Shown here piece after piece: positions 10,588 to 22,786 of a stretch of DNA of 64,000 nucleotides. The notes below the pieces were generated by a model. That model had not been told where the DNA came from, did not search any database, and worked only from the letters and a program-made list of their open reading frames with translations. Origin of the DNA: Cyanophora paradoxa CCMP329 (lineage: Eukaryota; Plantae; Glaucophyta); NCBI GenBank assembly GCA_004431415.1, contig QPMI01000444.1, positions 124,001 through 188,000 of the forward strand, written 5' to 3'. How positions within the stretch are numbered: position 1 is the stretch's first letter; the number at the start of each line of letters is the position of its first letter. The position numbers and the translations under genes are program-made.

Positions 10588-12819
10588 ATGAACAATAGCG
10601 GCGCATATATTCAGCCGTCGCCCGCGGCGGCTCGCACGAGCCCCGCGTCAATCAGCTGGTCGTCGTCGGTGTCCAGCAGTGCCGCGCCCAGGCCACTCCG
10701 CGCTTCTTCTCGGGGCTCGACTTCACAGAAGAATCGGTGCGCTCAGTTTCTGGACCTCGTTTCGTCGGATCGCGCCGTAATCATCATCGGTGCCTCCAGA
10801 TCGTTCGCCGTTGCGCCGGTCTGCCAGGGGGTGGAATCTCCCCAGAGCTACGAAAAGCTCTCTTCAAAGGATGTCGTTTCCGCTCCTTCCGAAGCTCTCG
10901 ACGCATCGTCGCTGGCGGCTGCGGACGCGGTTGCAGCGGACCTCCTGCAGCGGAAGTCGTTCCTGCATCGCCCAATGGGCGGCATTGCCGTTCAGGATCT
11001 CCTCAAGAAGGCTGCAGCGGTCGGACTTCACGTTGCGACAGAGCCAGCGCCTGTAGCGCCCCGTGTGCCACACATGATTCCGATTCCATCAGCGGCCGAC
11101 GACGCAGCGGTCGGAGACGCCAGCAGCAGCGAAGACGCGCGCCAGCAATCGGACACGCTCATTGGTCGTGCCAAGGCGCTGAGCGAAGGCCTGAAGAAGC
11201 GTTTCCAGCATCGGCCGGCAGAAGGCGCAGCTGAAGCGGCGGACGCCCCCGCAGCAGAGTCCAGCTCTTCTGGTAGTGCCAGAGAGCGACGCGGCGCTCA
11301 AACGCTTGTGATGCCAGGCGCCGGCGTCCGTCGGCAGCGGGCCTTCTTTTGGGGAAAGCGCGATGAGGAGGTGGTCGCAGCGCCGGACTCCCCGGTTGAC
11401 CCGGCCGTGTCTGCGGCAGCTTCCGCTCAGCAGCATAATTCTTCGGCCGAGGCAGAACAGCAAGAGGAGGGCGACGGGTCTGTCCGGCCTGGCTCCTATC
11501 TGCAGTACATCTGCAGCCCGAGGCGGAGGAGGCGCGGCGGTGATGGAGGTTCGCTACGTATCGGTCTTGATCCGGTGTATGTATTTATGCTTTCTTTCGC
11601 GCAGACGAGCCCGATTTCTCAAACACCAAATTCACTGTGTTTGGGGGCGGCGCCTTCGGAACCGCGCTCGCATCGCTTCTCGCTGCAAAGGTGCACCTCT
11701 CGATTGCTTAGCTTGACGTTCCATGATCTAAACGACCGTTTGCAGGGCTGCCGCGTCGACATGCTCGTGCGCGACCCTGAGATGGCTCGCGTGATAAACG
11801 AGGAGCACCGCAACCCGCGCTATTTGAGCGACTTCTTCCTTCCGGAAACACTTCGGGCTACGACGGAGGCGGAGGCAGCGCTGGATCAGACCAACTACAT
11901 CCTTCATGCCATTCCCGTCCAGCACTCTGCAGACTTCCTTCAACGAGGTGAATTTCCCGTTCCTACTCTCTTTCGCCACCATGCTTATTCTTGGTACGCA
12001 GTGTCTCCCTACATTCCCGAGCACGTGCCTATTCTTTCCACCAGCAAGGGGCTCGAGGTCACCACCCTCGAGCTCATGTCGAGCATCATTCCTCGCGCTC
12101 TGGGACGGCCCGACCACCCAACGGCATTCCTGTCAGGCCCCAGTTTCGCCCGAGAGGTCATCCAGGACCTGCCGACTGCCGTTGTCGTCGCTTCCGAGGA
12201 CCGCGGCCTTGCCAAGGAGTTTCAGCGGTACTTGCACTCTACCAAGTTCCGCGTGTACACCTCGACGGACGTTATCGGCGTCGAGGCCGGTGGCGCGCTC
12301 AAGAACGTGCTGGCTATCGGAGCCGGCGCGCTGGCGGTAAGTTTTGTAAGGGGCGGCTGCTCCGCCGGCTCCGTAAACTGACTTTCCGCGCACCAGGGCT
12401 TGGAGCTCGGCAGCAATGCCATGGCGAGCCTTGTCACCCGCGGCGTGTCGGAGATCCAGCAGCTGGCCGTCGCCATGGGAGGGCGCGGCAGCTCCATCTC
12501 GGGGCTCTCGGGCTTGGGAGACATCACGCTCACCTGTCTCGGCGCGCTCTCGAGGAACAGGCAGGTTGGCGAGCGCCTCGGCCGCGGAGAGAATCTGGAG
12601 GACATTATCAAATCTATGAATGGCGAGGCCGAGGGCGTCGCCACTGCACAGGCCGCGATGCGAGTGGCTCGCAAGTACAAGCTTCATCTCCCCATCCTTT
12701 TCACTGTAGCAGAGCTCCTCGCTGGCCGCCTGCACATCGATGATGCTGAGGAGGAAATCATGTCCCTGCCGATGCCTGTTCTCGACGAGGACGAGATGGG
12801 CCTTCCGTCGATGGCTTAG
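10588..12819 (+). CDS. gpsA: NAD(P)H-dependent glycerol-3-phosphate dehydrogenase (GpsA/plastid type) with long N-terminal extension
   Basis: Motifs VFGGGAFGTALA, SKGLE, LSGPSFAREV, GVEAGGALKNVLAIGAG, GLSGLGDITLTC, SRN and AEGVATA; Ser/Ala-rich N-terminus. Confidence 0.92.
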
Positions 12820-14078
12820 GTTTCTGTTTTACAGCCCATCATTTTGCCCATCGCTTGTGTGTGTGCCTTCAAGTTTTTGTACAGGACCCCCTGACTTGCG
12901 TCAGCTTTTTTCCCAGTGTTCAATTGCGACGTGTGAATTTGAATATATGATCCAGAAATTTTCAATGAAGTGCTGTAATCACTTTTTTTTCAAGTTTGAG
13001 GCTAATTAAGGGGGTTTATGCAGTGCTTGGACACGAATCTGATTGCAACTTCTGGGTTATATCACTGAGTCACTGAGTCATAGTGTTGTGGGCGGGATCC
13101 CTGGAAAGTCGGACGGTCCCAGAATACCATAGAATACGTACAACCACTGTACTAGCCCCTAGTAGGCTGAGGCCTAAGGCTGCGAGGCTATCCAGTCCTA
13201 CTACATTGTGGGCTGGGAAGTACACGTGCACCCGGTGACCAGTTTCCTGTGCACGTGGCCGGAATTCGAAAGACCGCGCACACCGGTTCACCGTGGCACC
13301 GCGGGCCATGGCATGTGTGCGCACCCCGGCGCCGGCCCAAGTCCGGCCGGATCCGGAAGCTTCGGAAATAAAATTAAAGGGACCGGGCCCGAGGAAGATC
13401 TAGACGGGATCCGGACATCAACAGAGGCAGGGCTCGGGGGGAGAGCTAGCCTTGCCGAGAGTCGAGCTCAGAGCCTGAGAGCCTGAGAGCACAGCCAACA
13501 TTTAACGCCACCTCTAGATCTATATATATATACAAGCAGGCAACTTGCAATTGCAAGCCAGGCGCCGGCGAAAAGTCCGACCTCAGGGCCTGGGAATTGC
13601 AGCGCGCAGTGCATGCACAATCACTGAATATTACAATCAATTGCAAGCGCAATCAATTCATGATTTTGCAACTCGTGATTGCCGGCTGCATGCCGGCCCC
13701 AGGCGCGGCCCATGGGCTAGCGTATCATATGTGCACGCATATGTGCACCAGCTGCAGAACTAGTACTAGTGCGGAGGTGCCATCAATACTGTACCTGAAG
13801 CGCTAGTGCTAGCAGACCCCTGCAGCTGGGGGATGTCACGATCGACTCCAGACCCCCGGGCCCCTGTATGCACTATATAGCTAGCTAGCACGATATATAG
13901 CTATATTGAATAATTATATATGAAGAAGTTGTGCACGTGTGCAGTGTGAGGACCGGCGTTGGTTAGAATATCGACACCACAGGCAGCATGGGGGAAATGA
14001 TAAGTGGAAGAAGTCTTGGCAAAAGAGCTGATGAAATGATAGGGAAGGGACAAGAACACGGAGAGAGAATCGGGAAAT

Positions 14079-16472
14079 TTAACCGCCTTGTTGATGCCCT
14101 TGCTGTTCTTCACTTAGTTCAGCAAGAAGCGACTGGGAGGCTCTTGATAAGTGCATGCCACCTAAGTCAAGTGTGTCGAAGTCAGAAGGTACAGAGAATG
14201 CAGTCAAGCACACACTTGATGTATCTGCGACAACTTCGTATGATGTGTACTTGAGCATTCCTTGGAGAAGAGACGCAAAGCGCTTGAGCACAAAACGCTC
14301 CTGGTAGAAAATTTAAAATGACTCTCGTAGTTCGGAAAGTGCGCAGCACACGCACTGTTGTTTCCTGGGTACGCTGGGAAGTAGTTCGTTGGTCTGCAGA
14401 TCGCGCTTGAACCGAAGGCGGGTTCCCAGGCGTGAAAGCAGAAGAACTAGGCGTGCGAAGGACAGAAGACGGAGCTATGCCAGCTGTAAAACGCTCAAGA
14501 TCCATATTAGAGCCTGAAATGAAAGCACTCACCTTCGTCCTCCATTTTGACTCTGAAAACCACCTAATTCTGGCCTCAGAGAGAGCATCGCTATGGATGT
14601 TCTTAACGACGCAACGCACAGGAGTGCCAGTGGATTGAACTGTCCTTCCAGCAACGTCAGAAGACATCTCCTTTTTTATCGGGACAGATCCAGCACTGGG
14701 CGCGGCATCTGTAAGTCAAGGTTAGCTAACAACACTTGATAAAATGCCTTCTAAATGCATTTACCAAGCAGGGGCAAGGAGCCGTGGGCGCTACTTTGCG
14801 AACACTGGTATTCCTCGACTGCTGCCAGCAAAAGCTTCTCTGCAACCGACTGGAGGTTCCACTGCTCCGTAGTACTTAATGCTTCAATAAAGGCATTCCT
14901 GCAGCGAGAGATTACATGTTTGGACAAGCAAACTGTTAAAATCATGAACCTAAAAGCGAGGGACTCTGGGGATGTCTGAGTTTTGCCGAGAGACAAGCCA
15001 GGAAAAAGCGATGCCAGCCATGCCAAGGCAGGGTCCTTTTCGAATCTCTGCACCACATAATCAATAAAGGCTTAGCAGAGGGAGTAATAGTTCGCACCGC
15101 AGCAGGTTCTGTTGTGTGATAGCGTGCCCGCTTGGATGGGCTCGGATGACCCTCCAGTTTGATTTTTGAGCCAACAGATCGTCCTACACCGTGCAGAGAA
15201 GCTCCATGATGGCTAGAAGATGCGTGTCCAGACGCGGGATGGAAGTACGCTGATGCGCCTGCTCGAGATAGAGACTGCCCAGAGGACGATGATGATGCAT
15301 GATGGCCACTCTTGTCAGGATCGAAATTCTTGCAGTCAAAGCAGCGACATGCTTCAGAGCACCGAACGCCCATTTGAAAGCATTCGCAGTACTTCTTGAG
15401 GCAGTTGGACTTCCTGCAGTGGCATCCTTTGCAGTGCTTGGCATCCTGTACGGAATGGAATATCTGACGAAAGTTTGCATAAGATTTAAAGAGAACACAT
15501 GCTTACCGTCTTGCCACCTTGGCCAGCCTTCGTAACAATTTTAGACTTGAACGCAAGAGGATTTCTCTCCATGGTGAGCTCGATCGCTTCTCTGCGCTCC
15601 TTCTCGTTGTCTGCATTGTTCTTACAGTTCTGACAATTGCAGCCCTCACAGTACACTTGCGCAGCAAAACATTCGCAATACCTGAGGCCCATGAGTGTGT
15701 GCGTCGAATCGGGGGTAAAGAAGCACGTACAGCTTCAAGCACTTGGAGTTCTTACAGTTGCACTGCTTGCGCTTCGAAGGGTCTTTCGGATCCACGAGAG
15801 GCGCAAGATGAGCTGCTGGTTTTCTGTGAAGCACGGTCGGTGCTCCTAGTGAGCCCGAACCTGGGTGTGGCAGCGGGCGTCTGTGCGACACAACTGCGTC
15901 AGACAGAAAGGGGCACGGATTGAGCCAACGCACGGCTGAGCCGCGGAGCTGTGCGGAGGAGCAACGCCAAGGGACCCCGCAGGGCGCACGCCGCTTCCGG
16001 GCGGTTCGCTGATGCGTGAAGGGCTTCCAAGGGGCTGCGGCGTTCCGCCTGCAACGCGAGCAGGTGAGCGCGAACCGATTCATGCGTGCGGCTGCTGCAA
16101 CCAAGGGCACCAGGGGTTGCGGCTGAGCCCTGAGCGCCTGTATATTGAGTCGGAGCGGGAATAACCGTCGGGGGCAGCGGTCTGAGTGCTAGCTCAATGA
16201 AGACTTTGAGCGCGGCGGCTGTGGCGCGTACGTGGAGCCGACGAACGGCGTCCCCGCAGCGCTGGCCAGAGCATTCGTCGCTCCTGCGTAGCGCTAGCTC
16301 AACGCTAGCTCGATCTCGCGCGGGCTGCGGCGGGAAAAGCTGCGAGGGCACCTGTTGAAGACGAGTCGGCCGGCGTAGCGGGCGGCTCGGCTGTACTCTG
16401 CACTCCTCCTTCCGGTGCTGCAGACGCCGGCGGCGGCTGGCTCGAGCTCGGTGGAGCTGGGCTGTCCGCCAT
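14079..16472 (-). CDS. Tesmin/TSO1/LIN54-like CXC-domain protein (DREAM/MuvB DNA-binding subunit); 3' end approximate
   Basis: [17 protein letters not shown]...CNCQNCKN, linker [10 protein letters not shown], and a second [37 protein letters not shown]. Confidence 0.9.
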
Positions 16473-16856
16473 CGCAGGGGTACAACACGTGTCTCGTGAA
16501 CAAACCCCACGGGAGCTCCTAGAGATCTAAGACAGCTATCTTGAACGCAGCGCGCGAGCCGGCAGAGGCGCCGGAGGCGGACAGCGAAGGGGGTCTATTC
16601 GCGAAGGGGGTACATTAGCGAAACAACGGCAGCAGGTGAGCGGGCTGCCGGCGCAGCGCAGCGTGTCGCCAACCCTCTGCGCAGCTCAGCCATCGAGTAT
16701 TCCTAAGTGTCCAATTTGGTGGAACAGTGCGACACGGAAGAAACTCAAGCTCGGCGGTTCGCCCAGCCCAGCACTGCCACGCTCACGCCTCGTGCTTATC
16801 GACAGGTTGCGCAGCGTATCAATCAAGCATCGCCTGTCTGTCGAAAGCGTGAGCTC

Positions 16857-17540
16857 ATGGCGGCGGCGGACGTCCTCGGCATTAGCAGCCTGCTCGGTCG
16901 GCTGCGGGAGGCCCAGCGTGGGCTGAACGACTGGGCATCGATGCAGACGTCAGCGCTCGACGGCCAGATCGCAGCCCAGAAATCGGATCTGCGGTCGTTT
17001 GAATCCAGCGCTCTGGAGCTGGCAAAGCAGGAGGCTGGCGCTCGCAACGAGTCTGACATCATGAAGCTGCAGCTTCAATCCGAAACCGCCGAGCTCGCAT
17101 CGTTGGAGGAGTCGCTGCGCCCTCTGGAGGCTAAGTCTGCGATTCTTCCACCCCGGCTGGCGGAGCTGGCACGCGCGCGGGACGAGGAGAGCGCTCGCAT
17201 CAGCGAGGCCCGAATGGACGTGGCAGAAGCAGAGCGCAGCCGCCGCTCGAAGCTGGACGCGCTCCACGCTGATCGGGAGTTCTACGAGGCGCGGATGGGT
17301 CTGAAGTTCGAGCGGCAAGGCGACAGCAGGCTGCAGATCGTTTTTCACTCGATTTATCCGGATCGACCCGACACCACTTGTCACTTCACCATGCTTCTGA
17401 GAGACGACAACCTGTACCAGGTTGAGGAGTGCTCACCCATGCTCGACGACGTACGCCAGCTCGTGAGGGACCTGAACAAGACTAACAACTTTGCTGAGTT
17501 TGTTAGAAGAATGCGTGCTCGCTTTGCAAGTCGGAACTAG
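16857..17540 (+). CDS. SPC25: Kinetochore Ndc80-complex subunit Spc25, intronless
   Basis: A coiled coil is followed by FYEARMGLKFE..LQIVFHSI..CHFTM..YQVEECSPML..LVRDLNKTNNFAEFVRRMRARF, the typical Spc25 RWD C-terminus. Confidence 0.88.
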   Translation: MAAADVLGISSLLGRLREAQRGLNDWASMQTSALDGQIAAQKSDLRSFESSALELAKQEAGARNESDIMKLQLQSETAELASLEESLRPLEAKSAILPPRLAELARARDEESARISEARMDVAEAERSRRSKLDALHADREFYEARMGLKFERQGDSRLQIVFHSIYPDRPDTTCHFTMLLRDDNLYQVEECSPMLDDVRQLVRDLNKTNNFAEFVRRMRARFASRN

Positions 17541-17602
17541 CTAGTTATATTGTCATACTACAGAGAATGCAAGTACATTCGTAATGCTATAACGAATCAA
17601 TT

Positions 17603-19780
17603 TCAGGCGATCGTGTGCTCCTTCGCATCCATTGCCGCCTCACCAGAAAGCAGCTTGAGGCTGAGCGCCTCCACTGCAGGCACTGCCTCGTTCGCTTCGG
17701 GTTCGAGGAGCAGCTCCTCTGTTGGAATGCGAGGTGCATGCTCTACAGATGCGGGTTCTGGTTGCTTGGCTGAGGCGTTTTCAATCTGAACCAGGCTAGC
17801 CAGCACGGCAGGTGCAGAGACTCGCTTCCCGCCACATGTCAAACTAGCTGATTGCTGGGGATGAGCACTCTGTCGCAGTTTGCAGTGATGAGAAGCATGG
17901 TGAAACCGACAAAGAACAGAAGAATGACTCACAAATTGAGCTCGCAGTAGAGCGACACGTTCCCTAGAGACGGCAGCGGGGGCTGAAGCCGTCTTGAAAG
18001 CCGTTGCACTTCGTAAATTGGCCATGGGTGGATGCTCGAGCATTGGGGGGACAGCTGGGGAGAATGCCGACACAGATGTTGATGGGATGGTCAATCTTGT
18101 GGCCGGAGACAGTGGGAAAGGTCCTGGTGAAGAGGGTTTAGGGTTTGGTGCTTGGAAACGAGCAGCATGAAACTCCTTCAGCGTAGTCTCAAGGAAAGCA
18201 TCAACGTCGATTGCAGGCTCTTTTGAAGTCCCAATTGTAGTCGATGCAGAAACTCTGATGCAGGATGTTGGTGCATGCAAGCGAACCCGAACAGAAGCAC
18301 GTACCCTATGCTGATAGAAGATCGCCTATCACTGAGTGCACGAAACAAGGAGCGGACAATGCGATCCTGCTCGAGGTCACTGTTCGGTTTCTTCCGGGTG
18401 CAAGACTGCAAATAAATGAGGAGCAATACCTTCAAGAAAGGTGCATCTGCACCAAATAGATCATCCACTAATTGCCGAACTCTTTCCACAGATATCTTGA
18501 CGTGTCTCAACTGGTGCCCTGCGCTTGGTGCATCCTGAAAGCTATGGTGAATTTACAGACAAAAACGAGACACATGACGAGGTCATGCCTTCATAACCTT
18601 TTGACGCGCAAAGAGAAGAAAGCAGAGATCCTCTGCATCGAACTCCTCCATGCAGAAGAGCTTGAAGATTCTAGCAGCCGCATAGCGCTGTGACATTTCA
18701 GATATCGCTGCAATGAGGTGCTCGCAAGCCTGTGATGCGTCAAATCGAGGTCTGGAGCACTTTGACAGGACACATGTTGAGACCTCTTCAACTGACTGGC
18801 CCCCAGGGCACTGGGCCGCAAAGTAGAGTCGCAGACACCCTCGAAGACCAGACTCGACTAGCTCTGGTCCCTTCGCTTCCACCTCTGTGGGATTAAAATG
18901 TAAAGATTACAATGGGATTTTACGCAGACGAGAACATACCCTTCGATATGAAATCGAGAATATCATCAATGGACTGCAAAACATTGTCGGGTTGGGACTT
19001 CCGGCGGTGAAGAGCAGGCTTCTCTAATGCAGTGTTGTAGGATTGCTGATGCTCTTGGGCTCGTTGGGGGGTAGGCTGCAACTGGCAAAATCATCACACA
19101 CGGATTGGCGTGGAAAGGCTGTGCATACCCGAGTTCTCACTGTAGGGCCAGCTGTTTTGGTCAATTCGGTGCTTTGCACCCTGCTCCTGAAACGGATCGT
19201 GGCCTAAACAAGCAAGGACGCTGTCATCGATTGCTTCAAAACAGATTCAAGAGGGAACGTGTTTGTTTTCACCTCGAAAGCGTGGCTTCCATCGACGCAG
19301 ATGGGTTCAAATTTGATCCCGCCCCGCGCCAGGAGGTCAAGCAGCCGAGTGCGAGCTGTCCGTAGATTAAGCCCGCAATCAGATTAAGCATCCCGTGCAA
19401 GCCCGTGCAACTGAGTTCCGACACAGACCTGGAAGCGGCAGCCGCGCGAGAAGCACAACCGGCGTCGCATGGCCCGGCGGCGCCGGCGTTTGGCCGGTCG
19501 CGGACAACGTCGCCTGGGCGGGCAGGGCCTCTGGCTTCTCGAAACGCGAGAAAGAATGCAGAGCAGGATCCGGCTTGGCGGCCTGCTGCACATGAGCTGG
19601 GGGTCCGTAGTCGTTCTCGAACGCCCGAGCCACCGGAGAGAGCTGGGTCGGCAATGACCAACAAGCAACCTGTCAGAAATGGCAGCTACGCACCTCGCGC
19701 ACGCTCGAGGAGGCTGAGGGCGGTCTCGAGACGGGCATTTACTTCCTTTCCGGAGCGCTCGACGTACCGGAGCTAAGCAT
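17603..19780 (-). CDS. Hypothetical protein, multi-exon
   Basis: A chain of - strand ORF segments bounded by GT-AG sites from ATG 19780, including the helical segment AARIFKLFCMEEFDAEDLCFLLFARQK. I recognise no family. Confidence 0.5.
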
Positions 19781-19944
19781 GTATATGCACGCCTCGCTGC
19801 AGACTCGGCGGAAAGCGGGATCTAGTGGAGAACACTCGGCGGCTCAGATCTTAGCTGGCGAGAGATCTGAGCCCCCGGGATTGCTATAGCTAGAACAAAT
19901 GGGGGTCCTGCAATTGAGGGTTTGGCCGAGTAGGCCGAGGGTCC

Positions 19945-20156
19945 TGCAATTGAACAAACACGGCCTGTGACACGCGTCTATGGGTACATGTACAGCACAC
20001 ACTACACGTATGGCATGCGCACGACTTCGACGCTGTGAACAAAGGGCGTGAGTCCTGGGGAACGGAGCCCCTCTATCCGGTCTACGCGATAACCGGCGCC
20101 GCACAAGACTGTGGGCGGAAGAGGTTGGTGGTCAACCAACCGGAGGGAGAGCTAGC
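19945..20156. mobile_element. 212-bp dispersed element, copy 2
   Basis: Reverse complement of 4821-5032; ends ggttggtggtcaaccaacc-ggagggagag-ctag. Confidence 0.65.
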
Positions 20157-20373
20157 ATGCGCAGCTATTTCATCCTGCGATCGTAAAAATCGTAATCATG
20201 ATCCTGCGAGAGCGTTAGCGATCCTGGGAGATCGAGAGATCTGAAGGCCGTCGCACCTCGCGAGGATGACAGCGCCCGAGGATGCAGCGCGCGCCGGCGC
20301 CGCCGAGCAGCATGCGCAGCTGCTCTCGCCCAACGCAGAATGCCGAGCTCGCACTCCTTGCGCACGCTTTTAA

Positions 20374-20478
20374 GCGCGCTGAAACGCAACCGCCGCGCGC
20401 TGAAACGCAACCGCCGCGCGCTGAAACGCAACCGCCGCGCGCTGAAACGCAACCGCCGCGCGCTGAAACGCAACCGCC
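20374..20478. repeat. Minisatellite, 5 perfect copies of the 21-bp unit gcgcgctgaaacgcaaccgcc
   Basis: Read directly from the sequence; there are no spacers between units. Confidence 0.95.
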
Positions 20479-20743
20479 GTGGGGTCCCGCTGTGAGTGAA
20501 AGCGCCTCTACGTATACGCTCGGTCGGAGCCTGGCCGCGATTCGCCGGGTACGGGTGAGAGGACCGTTTCATGTACACCCCCTGCTGCAGCCTGCGCATG
20601 CGCATGCCGGCGCCAGGCTGCATGCGCACTACGGCAGCGTTTCGAACTCATTTAATTTGGGCTGGACGAGGGTTGGATCAAAATAGCCGCCATACCGGTG
20701 CCATATACATTGGCCAGCTGCTGCCGTGCCGATCGATCTCTTT

Positions 20744-22591
20744 TCAATTTTTGCACAGCAGACTACCAATTCGTACGTGGAGGGCCACCCACACGATGAA
20801 GAAGTAGAGACAGCTCAAGGAAGTGAAGCCGAGTGTAAAGAGGTCAGGGAGATTGGAAGGGGGCAGAAGTGTCGAATGGACAAGATGAAGAGTCATCGCC
20901 AAAATGAAGAGGAAAAGGAAGAAGTATTGTTTCAAAGACGAGTGATGCTTCGTTTGAAGCTGGGAGCCGGAGCAGCACACGCCATAAATGAGAAGAGAGC
21001 AGAAGTAGGCAAGGACTAGGTTGTCCTTGTACAGGAGGGGGAACATACTGAAAGCAGCAGCATAAGGAAGGATCTGAAGAATAGGAATCTCGTGTGGCGG
21101 CAGTAAGGCAAGTGGGACGAGAGGGACTAGGAACGATTTCTCGTGGACTTGGAAGGAGAACAGGAAGAACGAGAGACTGCTGCCAGCCATGGCTACGACG
21201 AGGTTCTCAGAAGACGGTCGTCGGACGCCAAGAAAGAACGATGGCAGGCATGCCAGGCCAGTAAGCACAGTGCTGCAAGCACGTCAGCTTCAGCACAGAA
21301 AAGCCGGGGGCATGCAGCGTACCAGAGGAGAATTTGTTGGTTTAATGCCAGTATCCTATGCAATTTGATAGCAAAGGATATTGTACACCACACATTCGCA
21401 ACCTTAACAAAATGGTTTAGGATCAAGAATCCCATAAACAGGGCGAAGGTTTTACCTTATCTTCATAAAGCCCTCGATTGAATGGAAACAGGCGCGTAAT
21501 TGCTGCTATGAGACTAGGCCACCCTCCAGCGCAATAGAAAGGAGCGAAAAGAGCCGTGAGCGTAAGAAGGACAGCACAAGCACATTTGAAAACCTCGAGC
21601 AATCTACCGTCAGCAATCAGAGAAGGGGGGGAGGAGGAGGAGGAGGAGGGGGGGGGGATATCTTCATCCGCAATTGTACGCACGGCTTTCTGTGTCTCAA
21701 GCAATGCCCAATGTAGAAGCCGGCAACGGCTGGGACATAATACATACCCATGTGCTTGTAGCCGAGAGAAAGACAGAAGACAACAGCCCCGAGAATCACT
21801 CTGTCCTTGCCCAATGCTGCAACTGAAAACACGGCCAGTCCCAAGCTGATGCAATTATACCTGTGCGGAAAGATTACAATCCATCCTTTAATTACAACCG
21901 CTGGATGGCGTACTGGAAATGGCCGTGATCAATCAAAATCAATGCTGGCTGAAGGAGAAGACGGAGTAGAACACCCATCTGTGACCCTTTCAATCTCCAG
22001 GCGAAAGCTTGAAGGCGGCAACGCACCTGAGATTTCCGGGGGAGATGACCGAAGAGGGTGTGAACACAAACGACGATCGCAGGGAAAAAGACGATGACGT
22101 CCGAAAGCCAGGCGGTCGATCTCATGAGAAAGCGGATGTAATCGCCCTCGATGCCTCGAGACCGATGCAGCTGCACGAGCGGCGGATGCACGATCTGGAA
22201 CCTACGCGTGCGCACGGATCAGGACCGAGCGACTGACGGAAATCGCGCTGGCGCGCACGCACATCTTTCCCATGGCGTAGCTGTGGTAAGCGGTTAGCGG
22301 CGGGTAGTCAAGGCCCCAGTAGAGCAGGTCGTTGTCGGTCGTGTTGCGGTACCAGTCGGCGAGCGGCAGGTTCGCTGTGACCTCCATCCAGTGCCGCTGC
22401 GCTTCGAAATCCCCGTACATGCAGCATCGTCCCTCTCCCGAATAGCCGGACAGGGAGACGGCGAGGCGGACTGCGAGCCCGGCGAACAACACCAGAAAGT
22501 GCGCCCGCCACGACAGCGCTCTCGCAGCCGCGGAAACCTCACCCTGCGCTCCCGTACGTTCGAGGCTCGGGTCGGGAGCTCCCGTACGCAT
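20744..22591 (-). CDS. ALG6: Dolichyl-pyrophosphate Man9GlcNAc2 alpha-1,3-glucosyltransferase, multi-exon
   Basis: Motifs [60 protein letters not shown] and [12 protein letters not shown]. Confidence 0.94.
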
Positions 22592-22786
22592 ACGCGCACA
22601 CGGCCGGTACCGGTGCCGAGAATGCACGCCGTGACGAGATCAAATCGCAAGGGTGAACCGGTACCCGCGTGAAGTCCGCAACTTGGCCCGCAAGGCTAGC
22701 GCTGGAGTGCTGTAGCTACGCGGACTAGCAGGATCGTGCAGCGCTCACGGCGGTGGCGGCTAGCCTAGATCGAATTCAGCGATCGC

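Noticed and set aside
20374-20478. Possible CRISPR array
   Set aside because: The units are contiguous with no unique spacers, there are no cas genes, and the context is eukaryotic.
21624-21657. Poly-Pro/Glu ORF segment from a (GGA)n/G-run tract
   Set aside because: It lies within an ALG6 intron and is a simple repeat, not coding.
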